NCBI GenBank assembly: GCA_938091905.1
Contig: CALKOM010000114.1
Span: 1 to 54,470 of the forward strand
DNA from: an uncultured Verrucomicrobiales bacterium
GTDB lineage: Bacteria > Verrucomicrobiota > Verrucomicrobiia > Verrucomicrobiales > DEV007
Direction: 5' to 3'
Length of the DNA: 54,470 nucleotides
Shown: positions 38,813 to 48,830 of the stretch, piece after piece
Position numbering within the stretch: position 1 is the stretch's first letter
Layout of the letters: each line of letters opens with the position of its first letter
The notes under the pieces: generated by a model
Told to the model about the DNA's origin: nothing
The model's database searches: none
Seen by the model: the letters and a program-made list of their open reading frames with translations, nothing else
Position numbers and translations under genes: made by a program

Positions 38813-40891
38813 ATGACACGGCAACTCCTCCTGTTCTGTATTCTACTGGCGGTCGCCAATGCACAAGATTGGCCTACCTACCATGGAGATCCCACCGCAT
38901 CCCACTATTCGCTGCTGGATCAGATCGATCGAGAAAACGTCACCAAACTCAAGCCGGCCTGGATCTTCCGCACCGAGAGAAGCGGCACGCTACAGTGCAA
39001 CCCACTAGCACTCGGGGGCCGGGTCTATCTAGTAGACCAGGATCTCCGGCTACACGCTCTCGAGGGCCATACCGGACAACTCATTTGGACATTCACGGCA
39101 CCTCAATCGTCTCGGGGCATTCAGCGGGGCCTTGCTCACTGGAAAGATCGCCTCTTCATCTCCGTTGGGCATTACCTCTACGCTGTTTCGATGGAAACGG
39201 GGAAGGCGATTCCTGACTTCGGTATGAATGGACGAATCGATCTTCGCAAGGATCTCGACGTGGACCCTCAAGTCTTCTCTGTTTCGCTCCGGACGCCAGG
39301 AACCATCTACAAGGACCTTCTCATCATCGGCTCAAATCCAGGTGAAGGCCCTCAGCTCACCGCCCCTGGCCATATCCGCGCTTTCGATGTGCGCACAGGA
39401 AAACGCCAGTGGATCTTTCACACCATTCCACATCCGAACGAGCCAGGTTTCGACACCTGGTCAGTCGATAGCTGGCAGAAGGTCGGTGCCGCCAACTGCT
39501 GGGGTGGCCTCTCTCTTGATGAACAACGTGGTCTCGTCATCTTTGGCACGGGCTCCGCAGCCTACGATCACTACGGTGGCAATCGATTAGGCGACAATCT
39601 CTACGCGAACTGTGTGATCGCACTCAAGGCAGCGACGGGCCAGTATGTCTGGCACTATCAAGTCGTCCATCACGACCTCTGGGACTACGACATCCCTTGC
39701 CAACCCAACCTCGTCACCGTCACCCATAACGACAAACGAATCGACGCCGTGGCCCAGTCCACCAAGATGGGCCACCTCTTCTTGTTAGACCGCAATACTG
39801 GGAAACCCCTCTTTCCTGTAGAGGAACGCCCCGTGCCGCAATCAGCCATTCCTGGTGAAATCAGCTCACCCACCCAGCCCTTCCCACTGAAGCCGCCGCC
39901 CTATTCGAAACAAAGTTTCACCGCAAACGACATCACTGATCTCAATCCAGCCGCGACCAAGGCAGTCGAAGACTTCATCGACGAGAAAAACATGTTGTTA
40001 GGAGACGTCTTCATCCCACCAGGAATACGCCCTTCGATCGTCATGCCGCAGTTTAACGGTGGCGGTGAGTGGGGAGGCGCCGGGTACGATCCTGAGACGG
40101 GCTTGCTGTTCATCAATTCCAGCAATGAAGCCGAGTGGCAGTCCATGATCCCGGCCAAACCCAGTCAAGGCATCACCAAGGGGCAGTTAGGCCAGCGTCT
40201 CTACCAGGCGATCTGCAGTCAATGCCACGGCACCACGGCACTACGTCCAAAAGGATCGCCGCCACTGCCTTCCCTTTCCACAGTCAGCGAACGCCTCACA
40301 TCCGATCAAGTCAGCACCATTCTTAGGGATGGTCGCGGTGAAATGCCTGGCTTCGCAAACCTTGCAGACATCGAACGCAACGCCATCATCGCTTATCTCT
40401 TCGGTCGGAACACGAAGGACAAGATCCCGCTCGATCAACTCAGCCAATCTTGGACCGAAGACATTCCCTACGTGAGCACTGGCCACCACGACTTCCGCGA
40501 CCCCCAAGGCTACCCGGTCAACAAGCGCCCTTGGGGCACCCTAACCGCGATAGATCTCAATCAAGGCACACTAGCCTGGCAGGTTCCCTTAGGCACCTAT
40601 CCTGCTCTTGAAAAACAAGGTCTCCCACCGACAGGTTCATTCAATATTGGCGGTCCGTTAGTCACTGCCGGTGGCCTCGTGTTCATCGGTGCCGCCATGG
40701 ACGAGCGCTTCCACGCGTTCGATAAAGACACTGGCAAACTGCTTTGGGAGTATCAGCTTGAAGCAGGCGGCTACGCCTCTCCCGCCACTTACAGTGTCAA
40801 TGGTCGACAGTATGTCCTAATTGCCGCCGGTGGCGCTGGGAAACCCGGAACGAAGTCTGGGAATGCTTACTACAGTTTCGCGTTGCCGTGA
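38813..40891 (+). CDS. PQQ-dependent (glucose/quinate-type) dehydrogenase with an internal cytochrome c domain
   Basis: Signal peptide, DWPTYHG, YSLLDQI, HHDLWDYD, heme motif CSQCH, PWGTL.AIDL, GGPLVTAGGL. Confidence 0.88.
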   Translation: MTRQLLLFCILLAVANAQDWPTYHGDPTASHYSLLDQIDRENVTKLKPAWIFRTERSGTLQCNPLALGGRVYLVDQDLRLHALEGHTGQLIWTFTAPQSSRGIQRGLAHWKDRLFISVGHYLYAVSMETGKAIPDFGMNGRIDLRKDLDVDPQVFSVSLRTPGTIYKDLLIIGSNPGEGPQLTAPGHIRAFDVRTGKRQWIFHTIPHPNEPGFDTWSVDSWQKVGAANCWGGLSLDEQRGLVIFGTGSAAYDHYGGNRLGDNLYANCVIALKAATGQYVWHYQVVHHDLWDYDIPCQPNLVTVTHNDKRIDAVAQSTKMGHLFLLDRNTGKPLFPVEERPVPQSAIPGEISSPTQPFPLKPPPYSKQSFTANDITDLNPAATKAVEDFIDEKNMLLGDVFIPPGIRPSIVMPQFNGGGEWGGAGYDPETGLLFINSSNEAEWQSMIPAKPSQGITKGQLGQRLYQAICSQCHGTTALRPKGSPPLPSLSTVSERLTSDQVSTILRDGRGEMPGFANLADIERNAIIAYLFGRNTKDKIPLDQLSQSWTEDIPYVSTGHHDFRDPQGYPVNKRPWGTLTAIDLNQGTLAWQVPLGTYPALEKQGLPPTGSFNIGGPLVTAGGLVFIGAAMDERFHAFDKDTGKLLWEYQLEAGGYASPATYSVNGRQYVLIAAGGAGKPGTKSGNAYYSFALP

Positions 40892-40985
40892 AATGCACGC
40901 CACGAAAGATTGATACCCTTTCAAATGCCATGCTATAGGAACCTATCGACGCCAGAAATCCCTTCGACGACCTCCATCACATGCC

Positions 40986-41189
40986 ATGTCCGACAACACC
41001 CCCCAGAAAGACGAATTCCTCAAGGCAAGCCAGGCAAAGGACAGCAACCTCATTGCCGAGTTCATTGGTTTTATGAAAGAGAATAAGAAGTGGTGGCTTG
41101 CTCCCATCCTCATCGTACTACTCGCGTTAGGTACACTTGCCATGGTTGGCGGCAGCGGCGTAGCCCCGTTTATCTACTCGCTCTTCTAA
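40986..41189 (+). CDS. DUF5989-family small membrane protein
   Basis: EFIGFMKENKKWWLAPI...APFIYSLF pattern. Confidence 0.8.
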   Translation: MSDNTPQKDEFLKASQAKDSNLIAEFIGFMKENKKWWLAPILIVLLALGTLAMVGGSGVAPFIYSLF

Positions 41190-41211
41190 CCGACCAACGA
41201 CGTCGGCCAAC

Positions 41212-42030
41212 TCAGTTCAACAGGCGATCGACGGCCTCCAGGGCGCCGTAGGGCAACCCCACACCCAATGACAGCACTTCGGGCTCCCGCGGATTCACCC
41301 GAACAAGCGGCGCGCTCAACGAACTTGCAGTGTGTTCTGAAAATCGTCGTACCGTAGGAACACTCGTTCCCGCACCGAACTCGACCACCACCACGGGAAC
41401 TTCTAATAACCCATTCATCCATTGGTGGAAACGCTTCTCTTGTTCTATCGTCCTTTGCGCAATCCAGTTCCAATCGCCGAACATGAGAATATTTGGACGC
41501 GCCAAGCCCCCACAAGAGCGACACGCGGGCAACGGCGCTTGAGCTCGCATGGTGTCCGCGCAGACCTCTACTCGAATGTCTCCAAGAGCCCAAATCGCCT
41601 CTGTGCATCCCTCTAAACACTGGAGGTGGTGGATACTACCATGACGCTCAACGATATGTTCCTCAGAGAATCCCGCCATTTGAAACTGGCCATCTACATT
41701 CGACGTGAACACACCGTAACCATGAGGCTTCGACTCCGCATAGGATAACAATTTGGCAAACCCAGCATGCGGAATCGTCTTCTGATAGAGATCCAATCGA
41801 TGCCCATAGAATCCCCAACCTAATTCCGGCGCATCTCTAAATCTATCAGGCGAAGCCATCTCAACGAAGTTGAACCCAAGGCTCTTGTAGGCTGGGTAGG
41901 CATTCCAAAAGCCCTGATTTCCACGAAAGTCTGGTAACCCGGAATCAACACCCATTCCTGCTCCCGCCGTGATCAGAACCGCTTCGGCATCACATAGCCA
42001 ATCCCGAGCCTTGTCCAATTTCATCTTCAT
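41212..42030 (-). CDS. Sir2-family NAD-dependent deacylase
   Basis: TAGAGMGVDSGLPDFRG, FTSNVDG, HGSI, two Cys pairs, RPNILMFGD. Start at MKMKL. Confidence 0.9.
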   Translation of the reverse strand: MKMKLDKARDWLCDAEAVLITAGAGMGVDSGLPDFRGNQGFWNAYPAYKSLGFNFVEMASPDRFRDAPELGWGFYGHRLDLYQKTIPHAGFAKLLSYAESKPHGYGVFTSNVDGQFQMAGFSEEHIVERHGSIHHLQCLEGCTEAIWALGDIRVEVCADTMRAQAPLPACRSCGGLARPNILMFGDWNWIAQRTIEQEKRFHQWMNGLLEVPVVVVEFGAGTSVPTVRRFSEHTASSLSAPLVRVNPREPEVLSLGVGLPYGALEAVDRLLN

Positions 42031-42078
42031 AATTGAAAGAGAAGTGACAGAGCGCCCGATACCGGTCAAGGTCACCCC

Positions 42079-42876
42079 ATGCGATTCCTTATAATCCTGA
42101 GCCTTGCTTTCGGCCTTACCGCGACCCAAGCAGAAGATTCTCCTAAGCTCCTGCCCGGAGCTCATGCACATAACGACTACAAACACGCAAAGCCACTTGA
42201 GGATGCTCTTTCTCACGGGTTCCAAAGCGTGGAAGCAGATATCTTTCTCATCGATGACCAACTTCTCGTGGCTCATGATCGGCATGAAGTGAAACCGGAG
42301 CGCACCCTTCAGGCGCTCTACTTAGATCCGCTCAAGGAACGTGCAAACAAGCACAACGGGCACATTTACGCAAAGAGTAAGGAACCCTTCTACTTACTCA
42401 TCGATTTCAAATCGAAAAGCGAGCCTACCTACAAAGCGCTACATCAAGTCCTCACACAGTATCAGGACATGCTTACGGAATTTAAGGACTCTCAAACGAA
42501 TCGCAAGGCCGTTACGGTGATCGTGTCAGGAAATCGTCCAGCTGAACTTCTTGCCTCACTCAAACCGCGACTGGCAGGCCGCGACGGTCGCTTGAGCGAC
42601 CTTGAAACTGCAGATCCGCAATTCACGCCTTGGATCAGTGACAACTGGAACAACCATTTCAAATGGAGAGGCACCGGCGAAATTCCAAAAGCAGAATGCG
42701 ATAAGCTAGAGGCAATCGTTAAACGTGCCCACGAAAGGAAGCTTCAAGTGCGCTTCTGGGCCATCCCAGACAACGCCGAGTCGTGGGGGCTCATGCGCTT
42801 GAGCCACGTCGACTTCATCAACACAGACAAGTTAGGCCAACTGAGCACGTTCCTCAGCCACCCTTCGAAGCACTGA
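42079..42876 (+). CDS. Secreted PI-PLC/glycerophosphodiester phosphodiesterase-like protein
   Basis: Signal peptide, AHAHNDY, SVEADI, LLVAHD, LLIDFK, INTD. Confidence 0.8.
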   Translation: MRFLIILSLAFGLTATQAEDSPKLLPGAHAHNDYKHAKPLEDALSHGFQSVEADIFLIDDQLLVAHDRHEVKPERTLQALYLDPLKERANKHNGHIYAKSKEPFYLLIDFKSKSEPTYKALHQVLTQYQDMLTEFKDSQTNRKAVTVIVSGNRPAELLASLKPRLAGRDGRLSDLETADPQFTPWISDNWNNHFKWRGTGEIPKAECDKLEAIVKRAHERKLQVRFWAIPDNAESWGLMRLSHVDFINTDKLGQLSTFLSHPSKH

Positions 42877-44533
42877 CATGCTTCTCCACATCTTCGGAGA
42901 AGTAACGTAAGAGACTCTCCGTCACGTGAGGAGCGGCCATGCCCAGGCCACAGGCGCTGGTGGCCTTCATCGTAGAACCGATGTCTTCGACTTCTTCCCT
43001 CCACGCCGCCATGTCTCCAGGGCCTGCGCCACCGTTGAGGCGCTCGGTGAGACGCTGAGTCCCGATGCGGCAGGGGAAACACTTGCCACAAGACTCATGG
43101 GCGAAGAACTCCATCGCGCCATGCGCAACCTCGACCATGTCACGAGTATCATCGAAGACCATGATGCCACCCGCCCCTAAAAACGAGCCTTTCCCTCGAA
43201 TGCAAGGTTCATCGAGCGTGACGTCCATGTCATCTCCAGCAAGAAAGCCGCCTGACAAACCTGCCATGGTCACCGCTTGGATTGTCCGACCTTCTATTGG
43301 GCCGCCAGCCCACTCATGGATAAGCGTCTTGAGGGGGAAACCAAAAGGGACTTCATAATTCCCGGGACGTTGCACGTCGCCAGACAAACTGATCACTTTC
43401 GTTCCCGCATGATCGCCCGAGCCAAGCGACCGGTACCATTCTGCACCGAGCCGGGCAATGTGCGAAGCCGATGCTAACGTTTCCACATTATTCACAACCG
43501 TAGGCAAATCATCATACCCATGGGTAACAGGAAACGGAGGTTTGTTACGGGGAAAGGGATGCTTGCCTTCCAAACTGTTGAGCAACGAACCTTCCTCACC
43601 ACAGATATACGCTCCTGCACCACGACGAATGTAAAGATGGAACTTAAAGTCCTTTCCTTGGATGCCGTTACCTAACATGCCAGCTGATTGCGCTTCATCG
43701 ATGGCCTGCTGCAAGATGCCTGCAATCTCCGGGTACTCATACCGCAAGTAAATGAATCCTTGGGGAGCTCCCGTCGCATAGGCTGCCAGAATCATGCCCT
43801 CAATCAGGGCATGCGGGTCGTGCTCCATGATCGTGCGATCTTTAAAACAACCAGGCTCACCTTCGTCCGCATTGCAGACAATCGATTTGGGATCGCCAGG
43901 TGCCTCGGCCACGGCTTTCCATTTCACGCCTGTCGGGAAACCTGCACCGCCTCGACCAGCCAGCTTGGATTCCGTGATCACAGTGACCAGTTCTTCAGGC
44001 GTTCCCGCAAGGGCTTTCTTGAGGCCTTCGTAACCACCGGTCGCCTGATACCCTGCTAGAGTCGAGCGCCCCTCCTCACGAATACCTCGAAAGACACATT
44101 CCTCAATCTCACCAGGATTCGTCACTGGCATCGGAGACGGTACGTGTTGCAGATCGTCTTTTGTCGTGCCAACCAAGACCCGGTCGCCCAAAATCACAGG
44201 CACGGGTTCGTCACAGCGACCCGCACATGGCATCGCCGTCGCTCCTTGATCCCCAAGTGACTCTAACAGTTCATTACCACCACGTTTGCAACAGACGTTT
44301 CCTGTGCACACACGCGGAGCCTCCTTTCCTGGAGCCTCTCGCGAGAAGTGATGGTAAAAGGTCACCGTCCCGTAGAGTTCGGCCAAAGGAATCTTCAGTG
44401 CTTCCGAGACGGCCCGAATTGAAGACTCGGACAGGTAGCCATCACGGTCATGAAACGCATGGAGCATGGGAAGCAGCGGCGCAGGTGCCGCTTGCCAGGC
44501 ATCGATCAGTTGCTGGTCAGCCTCAGAAATCAT
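42854..44533 (-). CDS. Fused NuoE/NuoF-like diaphorase (formate dehydrogenase gamma/beta-type subunit)
   Basis: NuoE-like part YGTVTFYHHF...CTGNVC...CAGRC. NuoF part GRGGAGFPTG, NADEGEPG, GAGAYICGEE, ESCGKCFPCR, SACGLG. Confidence 0.88.
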   Translation of the reverse strand: MISEADQQLIDAWQAAPAPLLPMLHAFHDRDGYLSESSIRAVSEALKIPLAELYGTVTFYHHFSREAPGKEAPRVCTGNVCCKRGGNELLESLGDQGATAMPCAGRCDEPVPVILGDRVLVGTTKDDLQHVPSPMPVTNPGEIEECVFRGIREEGRSTLAGYQATGGYEGLKKALAGTPEELVTVITESKLAGRGGAGFPTGVKWKAVAEAPGDPKSIVCNADEGEPGCFKDRTIMEHDPHALIEGMILAAYATGAPQGFIYLRYEYPEIAGILQQAIDEAQSAGMLGNGIQGKDFKFHLYIRRGAGAYICGEEGSLLNSLEGKHPFPRNKPPFPVTHGYDDLPTVVNNVETLASASHIARLGAEWYRSLGSGDHAGTKVISLSGDVQRPGNYEVPFGFPLKTLIHEWAGGPIEGRTIQAVTMAGLSGGFLAGDDMDVTLDEPCIRGKGSFLGAGGIMVFDDTRDMVEVAHGAMEFFAHESCGKCFPCRIGTQRLTERLNGGAGPGDMAAWREEVEDIGSTMKATSACGLGMAAPHVTESLLRYFSEDVEKHVSASKGG

Positions 44534-44581
44534 AATGGGAACCTAGAACCACATTTCCGCCGTGAAAAGACCGAATCCCAT

Positions 44582-45688
44582 TCAAGCACGAGCTGTCACT
44601 GATGGAGAGACGGCGAGCTTGCGTTTGCGGAAGTTCCTCCGAATGCTCAGAAACGGTTTCTCCACCAGGTGGTATCCCAACGCCGCGAGCAGAAAGGCAA
44701 TCACGATCACCGCCGGCATGAACCAGGCCGTTTGATCAAGCGTCGTCTCACCCACACGCAGCTTTGCCAGTCCCCACACCGGCAACATGTGGCTCAAGAA
44801 GAGGCCGTAGGATAGGTTCCCCAAATACTCATCCCAAGCCTGCCGTTTCTTCTTCGCCAACCAAATCATGAGTGGTACTCCAACCATGATGGCAATGTAG
44901 ACCTCATAATTCTTTCCCAAACACCACTTCGTATCGAAGGCCTCGCCCTTCATCACGGCATAACCGGCCATGACACCGAACAAGCCAATCACTGCCACAT
45001 AGAGTAGGCCCAATTTCACCCAGGCCGATTTCTCACCCTTCATCCCATCAAACGCATACGATCCTAACAGAAAGATGAACAACACGCCAGGAATCAGTCG
45101 ATACGCCCACGTATCCGCGTTCATCCCAAAGAACCACATCGACCCCACAAAGAAGACCATTAAACTCGCGGGCACCACCCAATCACGAATCCGCCACAGA
45201 AGCACGAATGGGATGATCATGTAGAACTGCATCTCCGCGCCCAAGGACCACGACGGTTCAATCAAGGTGAAGTTCTGCACATCATCGATGTACATGAGGA
45301 AATTGAGAGGAATGAGGGTGATGTTATAAACCATCCGGAGCACCGTCGGATCGCCGTCCACCGTGCGCATATGTCCCTGGTCCACAAACATCGCAATCGG
45401 CAACATCGCTAGCATGAAGACCAGGTACTGAGGCAAGATCCGGCAGCATCGATCTACCATGAAGATCCCAAATTTCCCCTTGTCCATGTAGTAGGCTCTC
45501 ACCAGCCCCGTCATCACATAGCCCGAGAGCATGTAGAAGATGGCCACAGCAAAAGGTCCCGGATTGAACCCGGGATCATTCACATCAGGACGAAACTGGA
45601 ATTCCGTTCCGGGAAGGCCATGGATTCGGACATCCAGGTGGCTCAGCAGCACCAGAAAAGCCAAGATCAGTCGCAGAGTCCCAAACAT
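44582..45688 (-). CDS. Acyltransferase family 3 (membrane O-acyltransferase)
   Basis: LRLILAFLVLLSH, FYMLSGY, WSLGAEMQFY, LGNLSYGLFLSH, YHLVEKP. Confidence 0.88.
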   Translation of the reverse strand: MFGTLRLILAFLVLLSHLDVRIHGLPGTEFQFRPDVNDPGFNPGPFAVAIFYMLSGYVMTGLVRAYYMDKGKFGIFMVDRCCRILPQYLVFMLAMLPIAMFVDQGHMRTVDGDPTVLRMVYNITLIPLNFLMYIDDVQNFTLIEPSWSLGAEMQFYMIIPFVLLWRIRDWVVPASLMVFFVGSMWFFGMNADTWAYRLIPGVLFIFLLGSYAFDGMKGEKSAWVKLGLLYVAVIGLFGVMAGYAVMKGEAFDTKWCLGKNYEVYIAIMVGVPLMIWLAKKKRQAWDEYLGNLSYGLFLSHMLPVWGLAKLRVGETTLDQTAWFMPAVIVIAFLLAALGYHLVEKPFLSIRRNFRKRKLAVSPSVTARA

Positions 45689-45822
45689 CTAAGCAGCCAA
45701 CGGTGGAAATGATTTCTGGAGGGAGTGCACGTTCCATAATTCGCAGGCAGAATCATCATTGCAAATGGGAACTCTCCGTCCTGTCAGGATTGAGAGCCGA
45801 GCCGGCTGTTTCCCCGGGCAGA

Positions 45823-45865
45823 AGGCTCCATCATCGAGCAACTAGGCTCCATCATCGAGCAACTA
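45823..45865 (+). repeat. Perfect 21-bp tandem duplication AGGCTCCATCATCGAGCAACT x2
   Basis: Copies at 45823-45843 and 45844-45864, just upstream of a TTGCGT -35-like hexamer. Confidence 0.9.
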
Positions 45866-45896
45866 TCGCTTGCGTTCCATCTTGCTAGGTCTCTAC

Positions 45897-45946
45897 TGCC
45901 TCCCCGGGCTAGCGGTGCCTCCATAGCTCGGGGATTTACGGAGGCA
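45897..45946 (+). promoter_or_regulatory. Structured rpsA 5' leader (hairpin with pseudoknot potential)
   Basis: Stem TCCCCGGGCTA/TAGCTCGGGGA. The loop TGCCTCC is complementary to downstream GGAGGCA (45940-45946). Confidence 0.5.
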
Positions 45947-45994
45947 AAGACGGTCATTTAGATCAACCAAACAACCTAACCTTAAACGAGTTAT

Positions 45995-47704
45995 ATGAAT
46001 ACAACGGAAGAACTTTCCGCATTTATCGACAGGTCATTCACGACCTATCGCGAAGGAAGCATCGTCAATGGGACGATCTTAGAAATTAAGCCCCAGGTCG
46101 TCCTCGTGGACATCGGCTACAAATCCGAGGGGGCGATTCCAATCACGGAATTCGAAGACGAAGAATTTGATGTGGGGGACGAGATCGAAGTCCTCCTCGA
46201 GCGCCTTGAGAATGACGAGGGCATGGTGGTCCTCTCCAAGGAGAAAGCAGCTCACAAACAGAACTGGGACAAGATCGTCGAGGTCTACCAAGACGGCGGC
46301 CTCGTCCGCGGCAAGGTCAAGTCCGTGGTCAAAGGCGGCCTCATGGTCAACGTGGGGGTCGAAGCCTTCCTGCCTGGTTCTCAAATCGATATCATTCCAC
46401 CGAAGGACCTCGCCGAATATGTCGGGAAGGTCTTCGAATTCAAGATCGTCAAGGTCAACGACGACCGGAAGAACATCGTTCTCAGTCGTCGCGAAGTCAT
46501 CGAGCAGGAACGCGCAGAGCTTCGCCAGAAGTTCCTCGGCGAGGTTCAGGTCGGCGACAAGGTCAGCGGCATGGTCAAGAACATCACCGACTTTGGTGTG
46601 TTCGTGGATCTGAGCGGCATGGACGGTCTCCTCCACATCACCGACATGAGCTGGGGTCGCATCAGTCACCCAAGCGAAATGATCGCCATCGGTCAGACCG
46701 TCGAAGTGATGATCCTCGAAGTGAACCGCGAGAAAGAGCGTGTCTCACTCGGTCTCAAGCAAATGGCCAACAACCCATGGGAGAAGATCGAAGATCGCTA
46801 CCCAGTCGGTCAGCACCTCAAAGGGAAGATCACTAAGCTCGTACCTTACGGTGCGTTTGTCGAAATCGAAGAAGGCGTCGAAGGCCTCATCCACGTTTCC
46901 GAACTCTCTTGGACGAAGCGTATCACGCGTCCTTCGGATATCCTCGAGCTCGATCAAGAAATCGGAGCCGTCGTCCTTGGCATCAACAAGGAAGAGCAAA
47001 AAATCTCCCTCGGTGTGCGCCAACTCGAGCCCAACCCATGGGACGAAGTCGAGGATCGCTACCCTGTCGGCAGCCAGATCAGCGGCAAGATCCGCAACCT
47101 CACCGCCTATGGTGCCTTTGTGGAACTTGAAGACGGCATCGATGGTATGATCCACGTCTCCGACCTCAGTTGGACACGCAAGATCAACCATCCTAGCGAG
47201 ATCCTCAAGAAAGGCGAAGACCTCGAAGCCGTCGTCATCGACATCGACAAGACGAACCAGCGCATCAGCCTTGGTATCAAGCAGCTTGAGAATGATCCAT
47301 GGTCCGAAATCGACACCCGCTTTAAGGTTGGTGATCTTGTGAAGGGCACGGTCGCGAAGATCGCTAGCTTTGGTGCCTTCGTTCAACTCCAGGACGACAT
47401 CGATGGCCTCGTGCACATCTCGCAACTCAGCGAGGATCACGTCACTCGCGTGAAAGACATCCTCAAGGTCAACGACGATGTCGAAGCCCGCGTCATTAAG
47501 GTGGACAAAGTCGAGCGCCGAATCGGTCTCTCGATCAAGGCCGCCAACTACGATCAAGAGCAACTCGAGAAAGAGACCAAGGCCTTCGAAGCCCTCCGTC
47601 CAAGTGCCGACCTCGTCGGTCTCGAGCACGCCTTCAACCTGGCTACCGAAGACTGGAGCCCAGGTCAAGGCGGCGATGCTGCTCCTGCAGAGAAGGACGA
47701 ATAG
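45995..47704 (+). CDS. rpsA: 30S ribosomal protein S1
   Basis: Six S1 repeats (DIGYKSEG, FLPGSQID, DGLLHITDMSWGR, EGLIHVSELSW, etc.) and high-expression codon usage. Confidence 0.98.
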   Translation: MNTTEELSAFIDRSFTTYREGSIVNGTILEIKPQVVLVDIGYKSEGAIPITEFEDEEFDVGDEIEVLLERLENDEGMVVLSKEKAAHKQNWDKIVEVYQDGGLVRGKVKSVVKGGLMVNVGVEAFLPGSQIDIIPPKDLAEYVGKVFEFKIVKVNDDRKNIVLSRREVIEQERAELRQKFLGEVQVGDKVSGMVKNITDFGVFVDLSGMDGLLHITDMSWGRISHPSEMIAIGQTVEVMILEVNREKERVSLGLKQMANNPWEKIEDRYPVGQHLKGKITKLVPYGAFVEIEEGVEGLIHVSELSWTKRITRPSDILELDQEIGAVVLGINKEEQKISLGVRQLEPNPWDEVEDRYPVGSQISGKIRNLTAYGAFVELEDGIDGMIHVSDLSWTRKINHPSEILKKGEDLEAVVIDIDKTNQRISLGIKQLENDPWSEIDTRFKVGDLVKGTVAKIASFGAFVQLQDDIDGLVHISQLSEDHVTRVKDILKVNDDVEARVIKVDKVERRIGLSIKAANYDQEQLEKETKAFEALRPSADLVGLEHAFNLATEDWSPGQGGDAAPAEKDE

Positions 47705-47733
47705 CCCTCACCTACTTCCAAGCAAACACTTGC

Positions 47734-47769
47734 AAGAGGCGCATCCGCAAGGATGCGCCTCTTCGTTTT
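47734..47769 (+). terminator. Rho-independent terminator of rpsA
   Basis: 13-bp stem AAGAGGCGCATCC, GCAA loop, GGATGCGCCTCTT, then CGTTTT. Confidence 0.85.
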
Positions 47770-47805
47770 ACAGATGACAGAGCTTCTAGGAAGCGGGTTG
47801 AGAAT

Positions 47806-48830
47806 ATGGTCTACCGGTCCAACACAAGTTTCTCCAACACGCTCATCAAATGGGCACCTCTGAGCAGCAACGGCGAGCGCGAAATCATGATGTCGAGTGG
47901 CAGTGAGGCACGTCGATTTGGCCTAAACCATAGCAACGGCGATCTTTACCAGTATGGTCCCAACGATCCACCTCAATCCAGCACGATGGCACTCACACGT
48001 CGCGACGCTACTACAGGAAATGAAGTCGTGATAGTCAATGGTCTAAGTATCAAACTCATCCGAGGCACATCGAGATCGATGATGAGGCAAACTTCGCCTA
48101 CCTTGCTAACGGTCATCGGGTGAGAATCGATATCACCAATCAGCCTGCCACCGCCGTTGAGTCTCTGCCGTTCGGCGGCAGTATACTCGCACCAGATCGG
48201 GAACGCGGGTAACTTTACTTTGCAGGAGGAGTCGGTCGACTAAACACAACGATCCTTAAAACCGAGACCGAAAGCTTTTCGACCCAAGACTATAGCTTTG
48301 TAACGAGGCCATCTGGTGATCTAGCTGTCGTTCCCGAAACCGACACGATCTATTTCTATGGCGTGCAAGGTTTTCCCGAGAAGTGCTCTTGGCCGAATTC
48401 AAATCAGGGAGATGTGATCGCTAGGTTGCAGTGCCGATTGCAGCATGTGGCTCCGTTAGAACATATCTGCCGCGCTTCTGTCCATTCAATCAATGTCGCC
48501 AGCATGCACGGCTACATGGTTTATGAATCGTGGCCTGACGCCATGTCAGTCATCATGGCCTCGAAATCCTATGCGCAAAGGGCCTCCGTCTATTTCACTC
48601 CAGCGCAACTTGCTGATTCAAATATCAGTGGCTGGACTGCCGACCCAGATCTCGATGACGCATCGAACGGGCAAGAGTATTTCCAAGGCACCTCTCCGCT
48701 CTCGGGTGACGGGAAACAAGTGGGTGCTGCGACGTTTGTTACCAGTGACGCCCGAACCCCGTTATACCGCGATCTCGCCTTTCTTCAAAAGCGGGCTATC
48801 AGCTCGAGGAATCCACCAATCTGACGGAGT
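47806..48830 (+). pseudogene. Decayed gene for a secreted Verrucomicrobia-type protein
   Basis: Broken ORFs in several frames. The last retains YFTPAQLADSNISGWTADPDLDDASNGQEYFQGTSPL, a degenerate ADPDGDG.SN..EY..GT.P C-terminal motif. Confidence 0.5.

Noticed and set aside
41212..42030. Sir2 protein as an anti-phage (Thoeris/DSR-like) effector
   Set aside because: Stand-alone sirtuin of ordinary size with zinc-binding Cys pairs and no defence partner genes.
45823..45865. CRISPR array
   Set aside because: Only two abutting copies, with no spacer and no cas genes.
46079..47668. Long minus-strand ORFs (196 and 307 aa)
   Set aside because: Antisense to rpsA; a typical artefact of strong codon bias.
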